Shown piece by piece: positions 14,963 through 40,812 of a DNA stretch of 64,000 bases. Within the stretch, counting starts at the first letter, position 1. Each line of letters opens with the position of its first letter. A program made the translations under genes and the position numbers. A model generated the notes under the pieces. That model was not told where the DNA came from and ran no database searches. It saw nothing but the letters and a program-made list of their open reading frames with translations. The stretch lies in the NCBI RefSeq assembly GCF_009914755.1, contig NC_060934.1, one strand, 5' to 3'. This DNA comes from the human T2T-CHM13v2.0 reference genome, Homo sapiens.

Positions 14963-16090
14963 TGTTGGGGCTCAGAACATGACACTCATAATTATGGCAC
15001 TTGGCACACTGAGTACTTTAAACTGAGGGACGTTGGAGAGCCTCAGAAACAAGATCTCTCTGACCTCTTGAGGCAGGAGGATAGGGAATTAGGGTAGCCA
15101 AGGGTTGGGGCATAAGCAAAGGAATAGGAGTTTGCATAAGCAACAGAACAGCAGGTGCAGCCAGTTCTAGGCAAGACTGGGCAGCACACAGGCCACCTTT
15201 TCACTCCTGTAAAAACAAGACAAAAGTTTCCACTTCAGCCTCTGATTGATGTGGACCAACTCTCCACTTCAGCCTCTGATTGGTTGCAGGCCAATTGTTC
15301 TTAGGGTGTAACCAGCTGGAGGCCTCTGAAGCGCAGCTGAGGGTGTTACCGAATTCTTTTGGCTTTATAAAAAGCCCGGGGAGCATTGCAGTAGAGGAGG
15401 CTCTTGGGCCTCTTGCCTGAGCCTGCCCTTACTCTGTGAATTGTACTTTTGCTTTTTCAGTAAATCTATGCCTTTGTTACTCCATTCTTTTGTTGCCATT
15501 TGTCTTTCATTGCTTTGTTCTTTTGTTGCTTTGTTTGTGCATTTTGTTCAAGTCTTTGTTCAACAAGCCAAGAGCTTGGACAATTCATAGTCAAGACCTT
15601 CCATCCAGGAACACTCTTACCTCATGTCTTCCACCCCTCTTCTTCCCTAAAGCCAGCCATAGAAATCAGAATTCCTCCTCCCCAGAATGAGTCATAAACA
15701 CTAGAACTCCTCTCCCGCAAAGCAAGCCATAACACCTAGGAAAGTTATTCTCTCCCTAGGGGTGCTGCCCTATTCTCGGGAGGAAGAAGTGATGCTCAGA
15801 GACGCCAAAAAAAGTCTGGGCAGATGGTTCTTGATAGGTTCCCCGCCTCAGTCTATCACCATTAGATCATAGTCTTTTTGTCCAATCACATTTCTACATG
15901 GCTGTCCATTCTTCATTGAACCTAAGCATAAAAATAGACAGTATTCCTGGGTCTCTGAGTCTTCATATCTGAAGGCTTCTATGTCATGTAAATCTGTGGT
16001 TAAATAGTTAAGCTTTTCTCTTGTTAACCTGTCTTTTGTTATAGGAGTGTTGGCTGTGACTCTTATAATAGGTGAGGAAAGGTATTAAAC
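14963..16090 (+). mobile_element. MER39-like ERV1 LTR, interrupted by a second LTR
   Basis: tgttggggctcagaac start; ccattagatcata...gtccaatcacatttctacatggctgtcc body. Confidence 0.75.
15069..15613 (+). mobile_element. MER51-group ERV1 solo LTR nested in MER39
   Basis: TGAGGCAGGAG...CCAGGAACA termini, 4-bp TSD ctct, duplicated ccacttcagcctctgattg motif. Confidence 0.78.
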
Positions 16091-16139
16091 ACAGCTGACA
16101 CTCCTATAACAAAAGGCAGGTTAAAGGCACGGTCCTCCA

Positions 16140-16914
16140 GAATGTTACATCTACCCAAGACTTCTGACACCAGCTACAAGTTCAGGGATGCCCAGGGCCA
16201 CCCTCACTTCGGATTGGCCAGCCACAAATTTGGGGGTCCCCATGGACTCCCTCAGATTTGATAATGTGCTAGAATGAGTCACAGAACTCAGCAAAGCGTT
16301 ATATGTAGGATGACAGTTTTATTACAGCAAAGGATACAGTTCAGAACCAGCCCAAGGAAAAGATCATAAGGTAAAATCTGGGACTGGGAAGGTCCCAAAC
16401 ACAACGCTTCCATGCCCTCGGGATGCGTTACTCTCCTGATGTTGATGTGTGGCTATATACAGAATGTCACCAATCTAAGAAACTCACCTGGGCTTTGGTA
16501 TCTAAAGATTTTCTCCAGGCTCCATGACATAGGCATGACTGATTGTATCATGGCCTACATGGTTAAACCCAATCTCTAGCCCCCTCCCCTTCTTGGATAT
16601 CAGTCTAGCATCATATGGCTCAAAGTCCCGACCCCCTAACCACATGGTTGGTCTTTCTGGTGTGGTCAGTGCTCACCTTGAGCCTATCGGTGTGGCCTGG
16701 GCCTCACACTGAGTCATCTCTTAGTGTGATGTACCAAGGGTCTTCCTTGAATCACCTGATTAACACAAACTATCAGGTGTGGCTTAAGAGGCCGATCATG
16801 AGTAACAAAGACACTCCCGTTACTCTAGAAATTCCAAGGGTTTAAAGGTTAACTCCGGAGAGCAGGGACAAAGACAAGACTTCTCTTTGAGTAAAGTTAA
16901 TTCATCACTATGCA
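16140..16914 (-). mobile_element. MER21-family LTR
   Basis: aacaaagacactcccgttactctagaaattccaagggtt and gctagaatgagtcacagaactcag motifs. Confidence 0.78.
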
Positions 16915-17453
16915 GTGTCTTAGAACTGGCAATGCCTAGGACAGACAGACTTCATTCTTCTCTAACTATACATATAAAGCCAAAGGGCAAGAAAAAGCAG
17001 GTTCATTCTTAGGAAGATTTCAGATTTCGAATGCCATTGGCATACTTTATTTTGTCTTTGGTTACTTAACTCTCATGGTATAATTCCCTACTAAAAAATG
17101 TAAAAGGCAGAGAGACAGGGAAGATTTAATATCACTAGATACATACGACTGAGAAGTAACACCCCAAACTGCTGTAGCAGAGGTTAGTGAAACCAAAGAT
17201 TACAATAATTTTACTTTACCTTTCCTCAATGATTTACAGTTTACAAAGTGCTTCATACATCCTATCCCTTGAAATGTTAAAGTCATAGTGCAAAAAGGGT
17301 ATAAATAAAGAATGCAAAAATTGAGCGGCAATTAACAGAGCAAAAAGGTTGCTCAAATTATTTAAGAACTACATTGTGCTAGAATGCATTTTTCTAGCAC
17401 AGCAAAAAGAATCATTTACATAACAATGAATATGCTAATTAAGATTCATCTAG

Positions 17454-17494
17454 AAAATCTGCTGTGCGACAATGCTTTGTTAATACATTTCAAG
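17454..17494 (+). pseudogene. Candidate exon B (41 nt, phase 2 to 1): (I)KSAVRQCFVNTFQ
   Basis: Branch-like tgctaat, tctag|A acceptor (weak pyrimidine tract), CAAG|gtattt donor; bridges exons A and C in frame; keeps a CGA codon. Confidence 0.45.
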
Positions 17495-18195
17495 GTATTT
17501 TACAAATTTGAAAGTTTAAAATCTGATAGCAGGTTTTGCAAGTTTTTTCTTTAAAATCAAACTGTGATACAAAAAATTAAGTGAAGCAGACCATAAAATT
17601 TTCTTCTCAGAAGGAAGCTATTTTGTATTTAAGCAGAATATTTGCCCTTTTCCCTCCTACATGAGTGGAGATTCCACTATGTCCTTTTTTGAGACTGTAT
17701 AAAAACTCTCTATATATGTCTATATATTTTATATTTGTTCCTCTGCTTCTAAAGTGCTTTTTTTTCCTTGTGACTGCTTTACAATTTTTCTCTTTATCAC
17801 AGGGTTTTGATACTTAATTTTTTTTAAATTTTTAATATATATTTTTTATTTTAATAGCTTTTGGGGTGCAGGTGGTTCCTGGTTACATGGATGAATTGCA
17901 TGGTGGTGAAGTCTGAGATTGTACTGCACCCAGGTAGTGTACATTGTTCTCAGTATGTACTTTTTGATCCCTCGTCCCTCTCCCCCATTCTGTCTCCAAT
18001 ATTCATTAAATTATTATCACTCTGCATAACTTCGCATATCCACAGGTTAGCTCCCACTTATAACCGAGAATAAGTGGTACTTGGTTTTCCATTTCTGAGT
18101 TACTTCACTTGGAATAATTGCCTCCAACTCCATCTAACTTGCTGCAAAAGACATTATTTTATTCATTTTTATGGCTGAATAGTGTTTCATGGTGT

Positions 18196-18659
18196 TGTAG
18201 CAGGATGAGTCACAGACAAGAACCCCTCGCACACCGTGTTGTGGAAGGAAAGGGCTTTATTCAGATGGCAGCATCGGCGGACTCACATCTCCAAAAACCC
18301 AGCTCCCCGAGGGAGCAATTCCTGTCCCTTTTAAGGGCTTGCAACTCTAAGGGGGTCCACGTGAGAGGGTCGTGATTGATTGAGCAAGCAGAGGGTACGT
18401 GACTGGGGGCTGCAAGCACCAGTAATCAGAACAGAACAGGACAGGACAGGGATTTTCACGGTGCTTTTCCATACAATGTCTGGAATCTATAGATAACACA
18501 ACAGGTTAGGTCAGGGGTCGATCTTTAACTACCAGGCCCAGGGAGTGGCACCGGGCTGTCTGCCTGTGGATTTCCTTTCTGCCCTTTAGTTTTTACTTCT
18601 TCTTTCTTTGGAGGCAGAAATTGGGTATAAGACAATATGAGGGGTGGTCTCCTCCCTTA
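18196..18659 (-). mobile_element. LTR2/LTR2B (HERV-E group) solo LTR inside L1PB2
   Basis: Reverse complement TAAGGGAGGAGACCACCCCTCATATTGTC...TCCTGCTACA; 4-bp TSD gtgt. Confidence 0.85.
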
Positions 18660-21600
18660 GTGTAATTATACCACATTTTCTTTATTCAGTCATCATTTAA
18701 TGGGTACTTAGATTGGTTCCATATCTTTGAAATTGTGAATTGTGCTATAATAAACATATGCACGCAGGTGTCTTTTTGGTATGATGACTTCTATTCCTTT
18801 GGGTAGCTATCTAGTAGTGGATTGCTGGATTGAATGGTATTTCTACTTTCAGTTCTTCAAGAAATTGTCACACTATTTTCCACAGAGGTTGTACTAATTG
18901 AGCAGCCCACCAGCAGTGTAAAAGTGTTTCTTTTTCAGCATATCCACGCGGACATCTATTGTTTTTTGAATTTTTAATAATGGCCATTCTGGCTGAGGAA
19001 CAATGGTATCTCATTATGGTTTTAATGTGCATTTCCCTGATGATTAGCAATGTTGATTACTTTTTCATATGTTTCTTGGCCATTTGCATATCCTTTTTTG
19101 AGAAATGCCTATTCATGTCATTTTCCCACTTTTTGATGCGATTATTTTTCTCTTGCTGATTTGTTTGGGCTCCTTGCAAATTCAGGATATTAGTCCATTG
19201 TCAGACGCATAGTTTGCAAATATTTTCTCCCATTGTGTGGGTTGTCTGTTTACTCTGTTGATTATTTCTTTTGCTGTGCAGAGGCTTTTTAGCTTAATTA
19301 GGTCTCATTTATTTGTTTTTGTTGCATTTGCTTCTGGGGCTATAGTAATCAATTCTTTGCCAAACCAATGTCCAGGAGTGTTTTTCCTAGGTTTTCTTCT
19401 AGAATGTTTATGGCTTCTGGTCTTAGATTTAGGTTTTTGATCCATCTTGCTTTGATTTTTGTATATGTGAGAGAGAGAGACAGAGAGATCCAGTTTCACT
19501 CTTCTTCATGTGGCTATCCAGTTTTCCCAGAACCATTTATTGAATAAAGTGTCCTTCCCCCAATTTATGTTTTGTCAAAGATCAGTTGGTTGTAAATATT
19601 TGGTTGTGTTTCTGGGTTCTCTATTCTGTTTCATTGATCTATGTATCTACCTTTATACTAGTACCGTGCTGTTTTGGTTACTATAACCTTGTAGTATAAT
19701 TTGAAGTCAGATAATGTGATGCCTCCAGATTTGTTCTTTTTGCTTTAGGATTGCTTTTGCTATTCAAGCTTTTTTTGTAGGGCCCATAAGAATTTTAGGA
19801 TTGCTTTTCTAATTCTGTGAAAAATGATATTGATATTTTGATAGAAATTGTATTGAATCTATAGATTGCTTTGGGTAGTATGGTCATTTTCATGTTATTA
19901 ATTCTTTCAATCCATGAGTATGGCATCTGTTTCCTTTGTTTGTGTCATCTATGATATCTTTCAACAGTGTTTTGTAGTTCTACTTGTAGAGATCTTTCAC
20001 CTCCTTGTTAAGTATAGTCCTAGGTAATTTTTTGCAGCTATTGTAAAAGGAATTGAGTTCTTAATTTGATTCCTAGCTTTGTCATTGTTGCTGTAAGGCA
20101 GTGCCAGTGATTTGTTTACATAGATTTTGTAACCTGAGACTTCACTGAATTCACTTATCAAATCTAGGAGTCTTTCAGTGGAGTCTTTAGGGTTTTCTGG
20201 GTATATGATGATATTATTGGCAAACAGGGATAGTTTGACTTCCTCTTTTCCAACATGGATGCCCTTTATATGTTTCTCTTCTCTGATTGCATTGGGTAGG
20301 ACTGCCAGTGCTATGTTGAATAGAAGTGGTGAAACTGAACATCCTTGTCTTATTCCAGTTCTCAGGGGGAATGCTTTCAACTTTTTCCCATTCAATATGA
20401 TGTTAACTGAGAGTTTGTCATACATGGTTCTTATAATTTTGAGGTATGTTCTTTCCATGCCTAGTTTGTTAAGGGTTTCTAATCATAAAGGGAGGCTGGA
20501 CTTTATTGAATGCTTTTTCTGCATCTGTTAAGATGATCATATAATTCTTAATTCTCTTTATGTGACGTATCACATTTATTGACTTGCGTATGTTGAACCA
20601 TTCCTATATCCCTGGGATGAAACCCACTTGATCATGGTGAATAATCTTTTTGTTGTGCTGTTGGATTCAGTTTGTTAGTATTTTGTTATGAATTTTTCCG
20701 TTTATGTTAATCACGGATATTGGTCTGTAGTTTTCTTTTTTTGTTATGCCCTTTCCTGGTTTTGGTATCAGGGTGATAATGGCTTCATAGAAAAAGTTAG
20801 GAAGGATTTTCTCTTTCTCAATTCCTTTGGAATAATTTCAGTAGGATTGATACCGATTCTTTAATGTCTGGAAGAATTTGGCTGTGAATACATGGGGCAC
20901 TGGCCTTTTTTTTGTTGGCGTTTTTTTGTTTTTTTGCTGATTCAATCTCATTATTTGTTATTGGTCTGTTCAGGACTTCTATTTCTTCCTGATTCAAGCT
21001 AGGATGATTGTATGTTTCCAGGAATGTATTCATTTCCTCTAGATTGTCTAGTTTATGTGCATAGAGGTGTTCATAGTAGTGTAAACTTAACTTTTGCATA
21101 TCTGCGATGTCAGTTGTAATGCCTCCATTTTCATTTCTAACTGAGCTAATTTGAATCTTCTCTCTTCTTTTCTTAGTTAATCTAGTTAATGGTCTACTGA
21201 CTTTATCTTTTTATATAAACGACTTTTTATTTCATTGATCTTTTGTATTTTTGTTTCAATTTCATTTAGTTCTCCTCTGACCTTATTTTTTTTCTTCTTA
21301 TAGCTTTGGGTTTGTTCTTGTTTCTCTGTTTACTTGAGATGTAATGTTAGGTTGTCAATTTGTGATTTTTCAGACTTTTTAATGTAGGTATTTAGTGCTG
21401 TTAGCTTTCCTCACAGCACTGCTTTATGCTGTATCTCAGAAGTTTTGATAACTTGTGTCACCATTATCATTCATTTTGAATAACTTTAAAATTTCCATCT
21501 TGATTTCATTGTTAACCCAAAAGTCATCTGGGAGCAGATTGACTAATTTCCATGTATTTGCATAATTTTGAGTTTTCCTTTTGGAGTTTGATTTCTGGTT

Positions 21601-21663
21601 TTTTACTACTGTGGTCTGAGAAGGCACTTGATATGATTTTGATTTTTAAAAATTTATTGAGAC

Positions 21664-26655
<4,992 letters not shown>

Positions 26656-26663
26656 AAAAATTT

Positions 26664-32113
<5,450 letters not shown>

Positions 32114-35100
32114 ATTGAGACTAGTTTTGTGGCCTATCATATTATCTGTCTTAGAGAATGCTCCATATGCAGATGAGAAAAATGTATATTCTGCAGTTCT
32201 TGTATAGAATGTTATGTAAATTTCTGTTAGGTCCATTTGTTCTAGAGTTCAGTTTAAGTCCTGCATTTCTTTGTTGACTTTCTGTTTTGATCATCGTTCT
32301 AGTGCTATCAGTGGAGTGTTGAAGTCCCCCACTGTTACTGTGTTGCTGTCTATCTCTTTTCTTAGCTATAGTAGTAATTGTTTTCATCAATCTGGGAGCT
32401 CCTGAGTTAGGTGCATATATATTTAGGATTGTAGTATCTTCTTGTTGGATTGATCCTTTTATCATTATATCATGACCTACTTTGTCTTTTTATACTGTTG
32501 TTGCTTTACAATCTGTTTTATCTGATATAAGAATAGCTATTCCTGCTTGCTTTTAGTTTCCATTTGCATGGAATATCTTTTTCCACCCCTTTACCTTGAG
32601 TCTATAGGAATACTCGGGTCTCGGGTGAGTCTCCTAAAGATAGCAGATATTTAGTTTGTGATTTTTTATCTATTCTGCTAATCTGTATCTTTTAATTGGG
32701 ACATTTAGATCATTTACATTCAACATTAATATATTGAGGTGCAAGGTACTGTTCCAGTCATCACGTTGATTGTTACCTAGATATTTTGTTCTCTTCATTA
32801 TGTTATTGTTTTATAGGCCCTGTGAGTTTTTTGCCTCAAGAGGGTCTATTTTGGTGCATATCAACCTTTTGTTTCAAGCTTTAGATCTCTTTTTAGACAT
32901 TTCTTTTAGGGCTCGTCTGGTAGTGACAAATTCCCTCAACATTTGCTTGTCTGAAAGATACTTTTCCCCCCTTCATTTGTGAAAGTTAGTTTTGCTGGAT
33001 ACAAAATTCTTGGCTGACAGTTATTCTGTTTAAGGAGGCCAAAGATAGGACCCCAATCCCTTCTGATTTGTAAGGTTTCTACTCATAAGCCTGCTATTAG
33101 TCTGATAGATTTTCCTTTATAGGTTACCTGATGCTTTTGTCTCACTGCTCTTAGAATTCTTTCCTTCATATGGACTTTAGATAGCCTGATGACTATACGC
33201 CTTGGTGATGTCCTTTTTCCAATGAATCTCCCAGGAGTTCTTTGAGCTTCTTGTATTTGGATGGCTACATCTCTAGCAAGGCCAGGGAAGTTCTCCTCAA
33301 TTATTATCCCAAATAATTTTCCAGGATTTTTGCTTTTTTTCCCCCATCAGGAACACAAAAACTTCTTATATTTGACCATTTTACATAATCCCATATTTCT
33401 TGGAGACTTTGTTCATTTCTTTTAGTTATTTTTACTTTATGTTTGTGTGACTGGGCTAATTTGAAAGACCTGTCTTTGAGCTCTGAAATTCTTTCTTCTA
33501 CTTGGTCTAGTCAGTCTACTGTTAAAACCTCCCGCTGAATTTTGTAATTACCTACTATGTCCTTCATTTCCAGAAATTCTGATTGGTTTTTCTTTCAAAT
33601 ATCTGTCTCTTTAGAAAATGTTTCATTCATATCCTGAAATGCTTTTAAAATTTCTTAATGTTGGTTTTTACCTTTCTCTTGTATCTCCCTGAATTCTGTA
33701 TCTATTATTTCAAATATTTCATTTTTGTTTAGATCCATTGCTGGAGAGGTAATGTGATCTTTTGGGGGTGTTATAGAACCCTGTTTTTTTCTTATTTGAC
33801 TATTTTTTAACCCTCCCCCTGCCCACTTTCTAGGATGTGACTTTAATGTTTATAGTTTATTGTAACCTAATTTGGCTCTGGGTGCTGTTGGGAGTGAAGA
33901 CTCTGTATGAGTTCCTTGGTTATATAGACTCTTTGTATGTTGGCCTCGTCAGATGCTGGTTGTAGTAGCAATGTGCTCAGTGTGTATGCAGGTTCACTGT
34001 CTCCTATCGGGTTGGAATGGCAGAGGTCTCTTGAAGCTTATTTCATTCTCCAGTGGTATTCACTTATTTTTTTCCCTCAGTATTTGTGTTTTATTTACTG
34101 AATTGAACAGTTCAAGCTTTGGGTCAGTAGGGGAGATGTTTATGGATAAAACTCAGCTGTGGTTAAAGCAGGTTGGTAAAAGCAATACCCAATAATGGGC
34201 AGAGGGCCCAGCCTTGACAGAGCCAGCTGGGGGACATCTTAGGGAAATGCACTGAGATCTTTTGAAGGGGAAGACAGAGAGCCACCTCAGCTCCCCTCTT
34301 AGGCCAGCAGGAAAGCAATACACCTCCCAGTCACACTCCTGACCCAGTGTTCCAGCTGTTCAGATCAGACAGGCACCTCTTTTCATCAGCAGGAATGCTC
34401 ATGTTCAATGTAGAGAGGGATTGTGACTCCAACCCTCATGCAAGCCTGAACCTAGAGGGCACTTTTCCTGTGGGAATGCAGTCACCCTGAAGTGGTCCAG
34501 AAAGACTGTCTGTAGGTACACCCCTACTGATCTCTTGTGGGAGAAGCCCCAGCTGTGTCTGCAGTGGTGGACACACAGAAGTCTCCTTCTTCAAGGCCTT
34601 TCATAAGCACCAGAATTGCCTGATGGTTGGGTGGAGCTGCAGACCAGCTCCCTGTTGAGCCCAGCACTGCACTGTGCCTCTGATGAAAGAAACATCCCAC
34701 AAATGGAAAGTTCTGGGACTGCAGACCTGCTGTCTGGATTCTTTCTCCCCATGGGGTGCTCCCTTGATGTAGTGCACTCCCCCTTCTTCTAGGAGGAGGA
34801 GTCCCCGAGGCCAGACTATTGTGAATGCTGCTGCTCCTCTGGACCTAGCTGCCCAGTGGGGCTGCCACTCTCCACACTGGTGCTGGGAAATGTCTGCAAA
34901 GGGTCCACTGATGTGACCTGTTCTCAAGTCTCCCAGCTGTGGCTATCAGCACCAGCTCTGATGGGGGTAGCAGGGGAGTGGCATGGACTCTGTGAGATTC
35001 CTTGGTTATAAAAAGCCTTAGTGTGTTGACTTTCTCAAATGCTAGTTGTAATAGTAATGAACTGGTCATGTGGACAGACTCAGGAACCTCCTGGTTATCT

Positions 35101-35193
35101 AGAGTAATGCAGGCAATTGTGATAGCTGAGGTCACACACAAGCTTTCTTCTTCCTGCATGCTGTGTCGTTTTGTGCCTGCAGATGTTGTAATG

Positions 35194-35513
35194 CAGTGGT
35201 CCCCAAACTTTTTGGCACCAGGGACCAGTTTCATGGAAGACAATTTTTCCATGGGCTGGTGGTGGGTGGGGGATGGTTTGGGGATGAAACTGTAGACAGA
35301 TTCTCGTGAAGAGTATGCAACCTAGATCCCTCCTATGTGCAGTTCACAATAGGGTTCGGCTCCTATGAGAATCTAATGCTGCTGGTGATCTGACAGGAGG
35401 CGGAGCTCAGGAGGTAATGCTTCCTGTCCCACCACTCACATCCTGCTGTGCGGCCCAGTTCCTAACAGGCCACCAACCAGTACTGGTCTGTGGCCGGGGA
35501 CTGGGGACCCTTG
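35194..35513. mobile_element. MER1B (hAT-Charlie) inside L1PB2 5' region
   Basis: TIRs cagtggtcccca...tggggacccttg; degenerate 8-bp TSD ttgtaatg / ctgtgatg. Confidence 0.88.
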
Positions 35514-36679
35514 CTGTGATGGGCTGTGTGCTGGGTGGCCTTTAGCCAGGAGGCAGTGCTTGCAAAATAGCTGCTGTACTAGCAGTGGGATTTGTGCTTG
35601 CCTTGTGTTACCCAGGGGAGGTATCCTGGTAACTCACGTAATGGGCAGGGCCATAGGACTCCCAAAAGTTTCAGTCCTTTTTGTTAACCCACCAGGGTGG
35701 GTGGCTGGGCAAAGCCGGGTGGTAACTGGGTCAGGCAAGTTCATGCTCTGGCTCTCCACATGCAGGTAGGTGCAAGCAGTGGCCCTGGTAGGGATTAGAG
35801 GGCAGTTCTCTGGAGGCAGAGGTACTGTTCCAGGGAGGAGTGCAGTTGCCTGTGCTGCACAGAAGAGTCTGTATGGAAAGTGGGAAGTAGCAGGAGGCAG
35901 TAAGCCCCACCCAGCTCCCACACACTTGACAAAGCATATCTTACACCCGCAGTTTTCGCTAGAAACAGCTGGCTAGGTTCAAGGCAATCTGCGCTCAATA
36001 ACTCAAAACTGCCCCAGGCCATAAGCCTTTCTGGGGAAGACAGCAACCACTGCTTTCAGGCCACACCCCTCCCAGTCTGCACAAGAAGCAGGGGTGCCCA
36101 GCTCCTACGCCTGTGGCTGCAGTACACTTCCCACTTGTCCCTCACTTCTGGCCAAGAGAGCGTGTCCCCACTGGAGATCATATCACGAATCTCAGTTGGG
36201 AACTTCTATCAACCTGTGACCACCACCTGAGTTAGCTGGCAGACTTCTGCAAGGTCGTCTGTGAAGTAGAATCAGGAATGGCTTCCCTTCATCCCTGGCA
36301 GACTGGGAGTGCACACAAAGCCTGTCTTGATGCTGGTTCTTCTCGTGTTCTCCCCACTGTTCACTAAATCAGCTTCATTCCTGGGTAGGGGTAAGGCTTT
36401 CCCCCATGGCCTGGATTGCTAGGTTCCCCAGTGGGAGTGCATATCCTGGAGGCAGTTGTCTCCCTCTCACACTCTGGGGAGTGGCTGGCTCATGGTGTAG
36501 GCTGCAGCCCAATGCTTCTTTCAAAGGATCTGTGGTTTCTTTCAGCTTTCCTGTTAAGTTTCTGTGTTGCTTCTTGGAAAAAAGTTCACAGTGTAATCTC
36601 TACACACTATTTTGTCTTTCCAAGTGGGAAAGACATGGTAACAATGCCTCCCATCCACTATCTTGGGGAAAAAAACCCC

Positions 36680-38100
<1,421 letters not shown>

Positions 38101-38114
38101 TGTGGTCCACTTGG

Positions 38115-38770
38115 TTCCCTCTCACTGAAAAATGAGCTGACAATAGACAGATTAATAGGAGAAAGAGGAACGCAAATTTATTTAGTGTGCACTGAATGGG
38201 GGAATTGCAGGAGAATGATTACCCTATAACCCAGTGAGGACCAGATGTTATGCACCCTTCTTCACAGTGGTAGAGGAGAAAGGGATGTAGAAGTGAATGC
38301 TTCTCAGGGGAAATGAATGAGCCCAAAGAACAGGGCCTGAAACAAAGTTCTTCTGAGCTCTGGGGGGAAGTGGTGGGAAGGTGAGGAACAGAACTTCACT
38401 GTGAACAAAGATCGTCTTAGTATGCAGATAAAGCCTCCCAGGTAATCTCTCAGACCTGCCCTCAGGAAAATAGATGAAAAGTTTGTTAAGGAGTGGTAAC
38501 TCCCAGTATCTTCTCTGGTAGTTAATCCTTCCTGGTTGTTTGATGTGATTCCTAGGAAGGAGGTCTTAAGACAACCGCATTCTTTTTAGAAAGAAACTTT
38601 CTTAATCAGATGGAAATTCCAAAGATAGTCACTCTTGGTGCTTAGGGAAAGTAAGCAGATCAGATAAACAGGCAAGCAGGGAAAGGTCAGAGAGAGACCT
38701 CGAGGCTACTTCCTTCATTCAGCCAGCATGTCAAAATGGTATTTTGGGGTACTGCTTGCTGAGCGTAATA
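38115..38770 (-). mobile_element. ERV1 LTR of the MER34/MER39 group
   Basis: cagcatgtcaaaatggtattttggggtactgcttgctgagc corresponds to the group's 5' end in reverse; gacagattaataggagaaa near the 3' end. Confidence 0.65.
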
Positions 38771-38856
38771 GTTTTAATCTGTAAAGTGCCTCTAGGTGAA
38801 AACGATGATCATCAGTTTCACCATATTTGTTCTGCAATATCTAAAAACTGTTGTTT

Positions 38857-39335
38857 CAAATCCCATCAAAAAGTGGGCTAAGGACATGAATAGACAATTC
38901 GCAAAAGAAGCTATACAAATGGCCAACAAACATATGAAAAAATGTTCAACATCACTAATTATCAGGGATATGCAAATCAAAACCACAATGAGATATCATC
39001 TTACTCCTGCAAGAATGGCCATAATAATAATAATAAAAAAAATAGATGTTGGCATGAATGCAGTGAAAAGAGAACACTTTAACACTGTTGATGGGCATGT
39101 AAACTAGCACAACCACTATGGAAAACAGTGTGGAGATACCTTAAAGAGCTAAAAGTAGAACTACCATTTGATCCAGGAATCCCAATTCTGGGTATCTACC
39201 CAGAGGAAAAGAAGTCATTATGTGTAAAATATATGAATACGTACACATGCATGTTTATAGCACCACAATTAATAATTGTGAAAATATGGAACCAGCCCAA
39301 ATACCCATCAATCAATGAGTGGGTAAAGAAAATGT

Positions 39336-39390
<55 letters not shown>

Positions 39391-39767
39391 TATGGAATAC
39401 TACTCAGTCATAAAAAGGAATGAAATAATGGCATTTGCAGCAACCTAGGTGGAATTAGAGACCATTATTCTAAGTGAAGTAACTCAGGAATGGAAAACCA
39501 AACATTGTATGCTCTCACTCATAAGTGGGAGGTAAGCTATGAGGATGCAAAGGTGTAAGAATGATATAATGAACTTTGGGGACTCGGGAAAGAGTGGGAT
39601 GGTGGGGTGAGGGATAAAACACTACACACTGGGTACAGTGTACAGTGCTTGGGTGATGGGTGCACCAAAATCCCGGAAATCACTACTAAAGAACTTATTC
39701 ATGTAACCAAACACCACCTGTTCCCCAAAAACTCATTGAAATAAAAAAATAACCTCCCCAACCAAAT
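38857..39767 (+). mobile_element. L1PB1, 5'-truncated
   Basis: ORF2 C-terminal fragments 38796-39448; 3' end cactactaaagaacttattcatgtaacc; TSD aaaaactgttgttt (38843-56, 39768-81). Confidence 0.92.
39338..39384. repeat. (TA)n microsatellite expanded inside L1PB1
   Basis: About 23 perfect TA units. Confidence 0.97.
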
Positions 39768-40285
39768 AAAAACTGTTGTTTGTTGCAGATAATTTGCCCA
39801 ATTTTCCAGTTGTTTATGACTAGTTCTGTATCAGGTTCTCTGTCATGGCTCAAAGAAGAAATATATATTTTCTCTTGGTTTCATCATTGAGCCACAGAAT
39901 CACATAAAAATGACCTATACCGTGGGCTTTTTAGATATATGATCCAATAAAATTCTTTAAGACAGTATCAGTTGGATTTTTCTCCTGTCTACAACCAAAA
40001 TGTGTATAAGTGGGACTCTATATAATGACTTGGATTTGCTGCCAAAAATGGAAATATTTAGTATTCTACCATTTTACCTATGTTCTTTTTTCAAATTGAT
40101 CTTTATCAATGCAAGCAGTGCTCTAATTTAGTTGTCACCTTCTACACACATTTACTGAATACCTAAATATAATTTAGATGCTATGCTAGAAATGAAGAGA
40201 GTAAGGGTAAAGAGCTTCCTGCTCTCAAGACATTATCAGTTTATTAAGGAAAATCTGCATATAAGCAAATAAAAACAATACAGTT

Positions 40286-40812
40286 TGTTTTGGGTTGAAT
40301 CACATCCCCCAAAAAGATATGTTGAAGTCCTAACCTCTGGTACTTGTGAATGTGATTTTTTTTTTTTTTTCTGAAATAGGGTCTTTGCAGAGGTAATCAA
40401 GTTAACATGAAGTCATACTGGATTAGGGTAGGCCCTAAGCTGATGACTAGTGTCCTAATAAAATGGGGGGAAATTTGAACACAGATGCAGAGAGGATAAT
40501 ACCATGTGGAGAGAGGAGAATGCCATGTGGAGACAGAAGCACAGAGACACACAAGGGAGAAGATCACATGAAGACAAAGGCAGATATTAGAGTGATGCAT
40601 CTACATGCCAAGGAATACCAGAGATTGCCAGAAACCACAAAAAGCTAGAAAGAGCCGAAGGAAGGACTTGGAGAGCCTTGAGGAGAACAAGGACGTGGCT
40701 ACACCTTGATTTCAGATTTCTAGCTTCCAGAACTATGAAAGAATAAGTTTCTCTTGTTTTAAGCCATCCAGTTTATGCTACTTTGTCACAGTAGCCCTAG
40801 AAAACAAATATA
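40286..40812 (+). mobile_element. MLT1C-like MaLR LTR inserted in an L2 3' fragment
   Basis: tgttttgggttgaat...gccctagaaaacaaatata; TSD cagtt. Confidence 0.85.
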
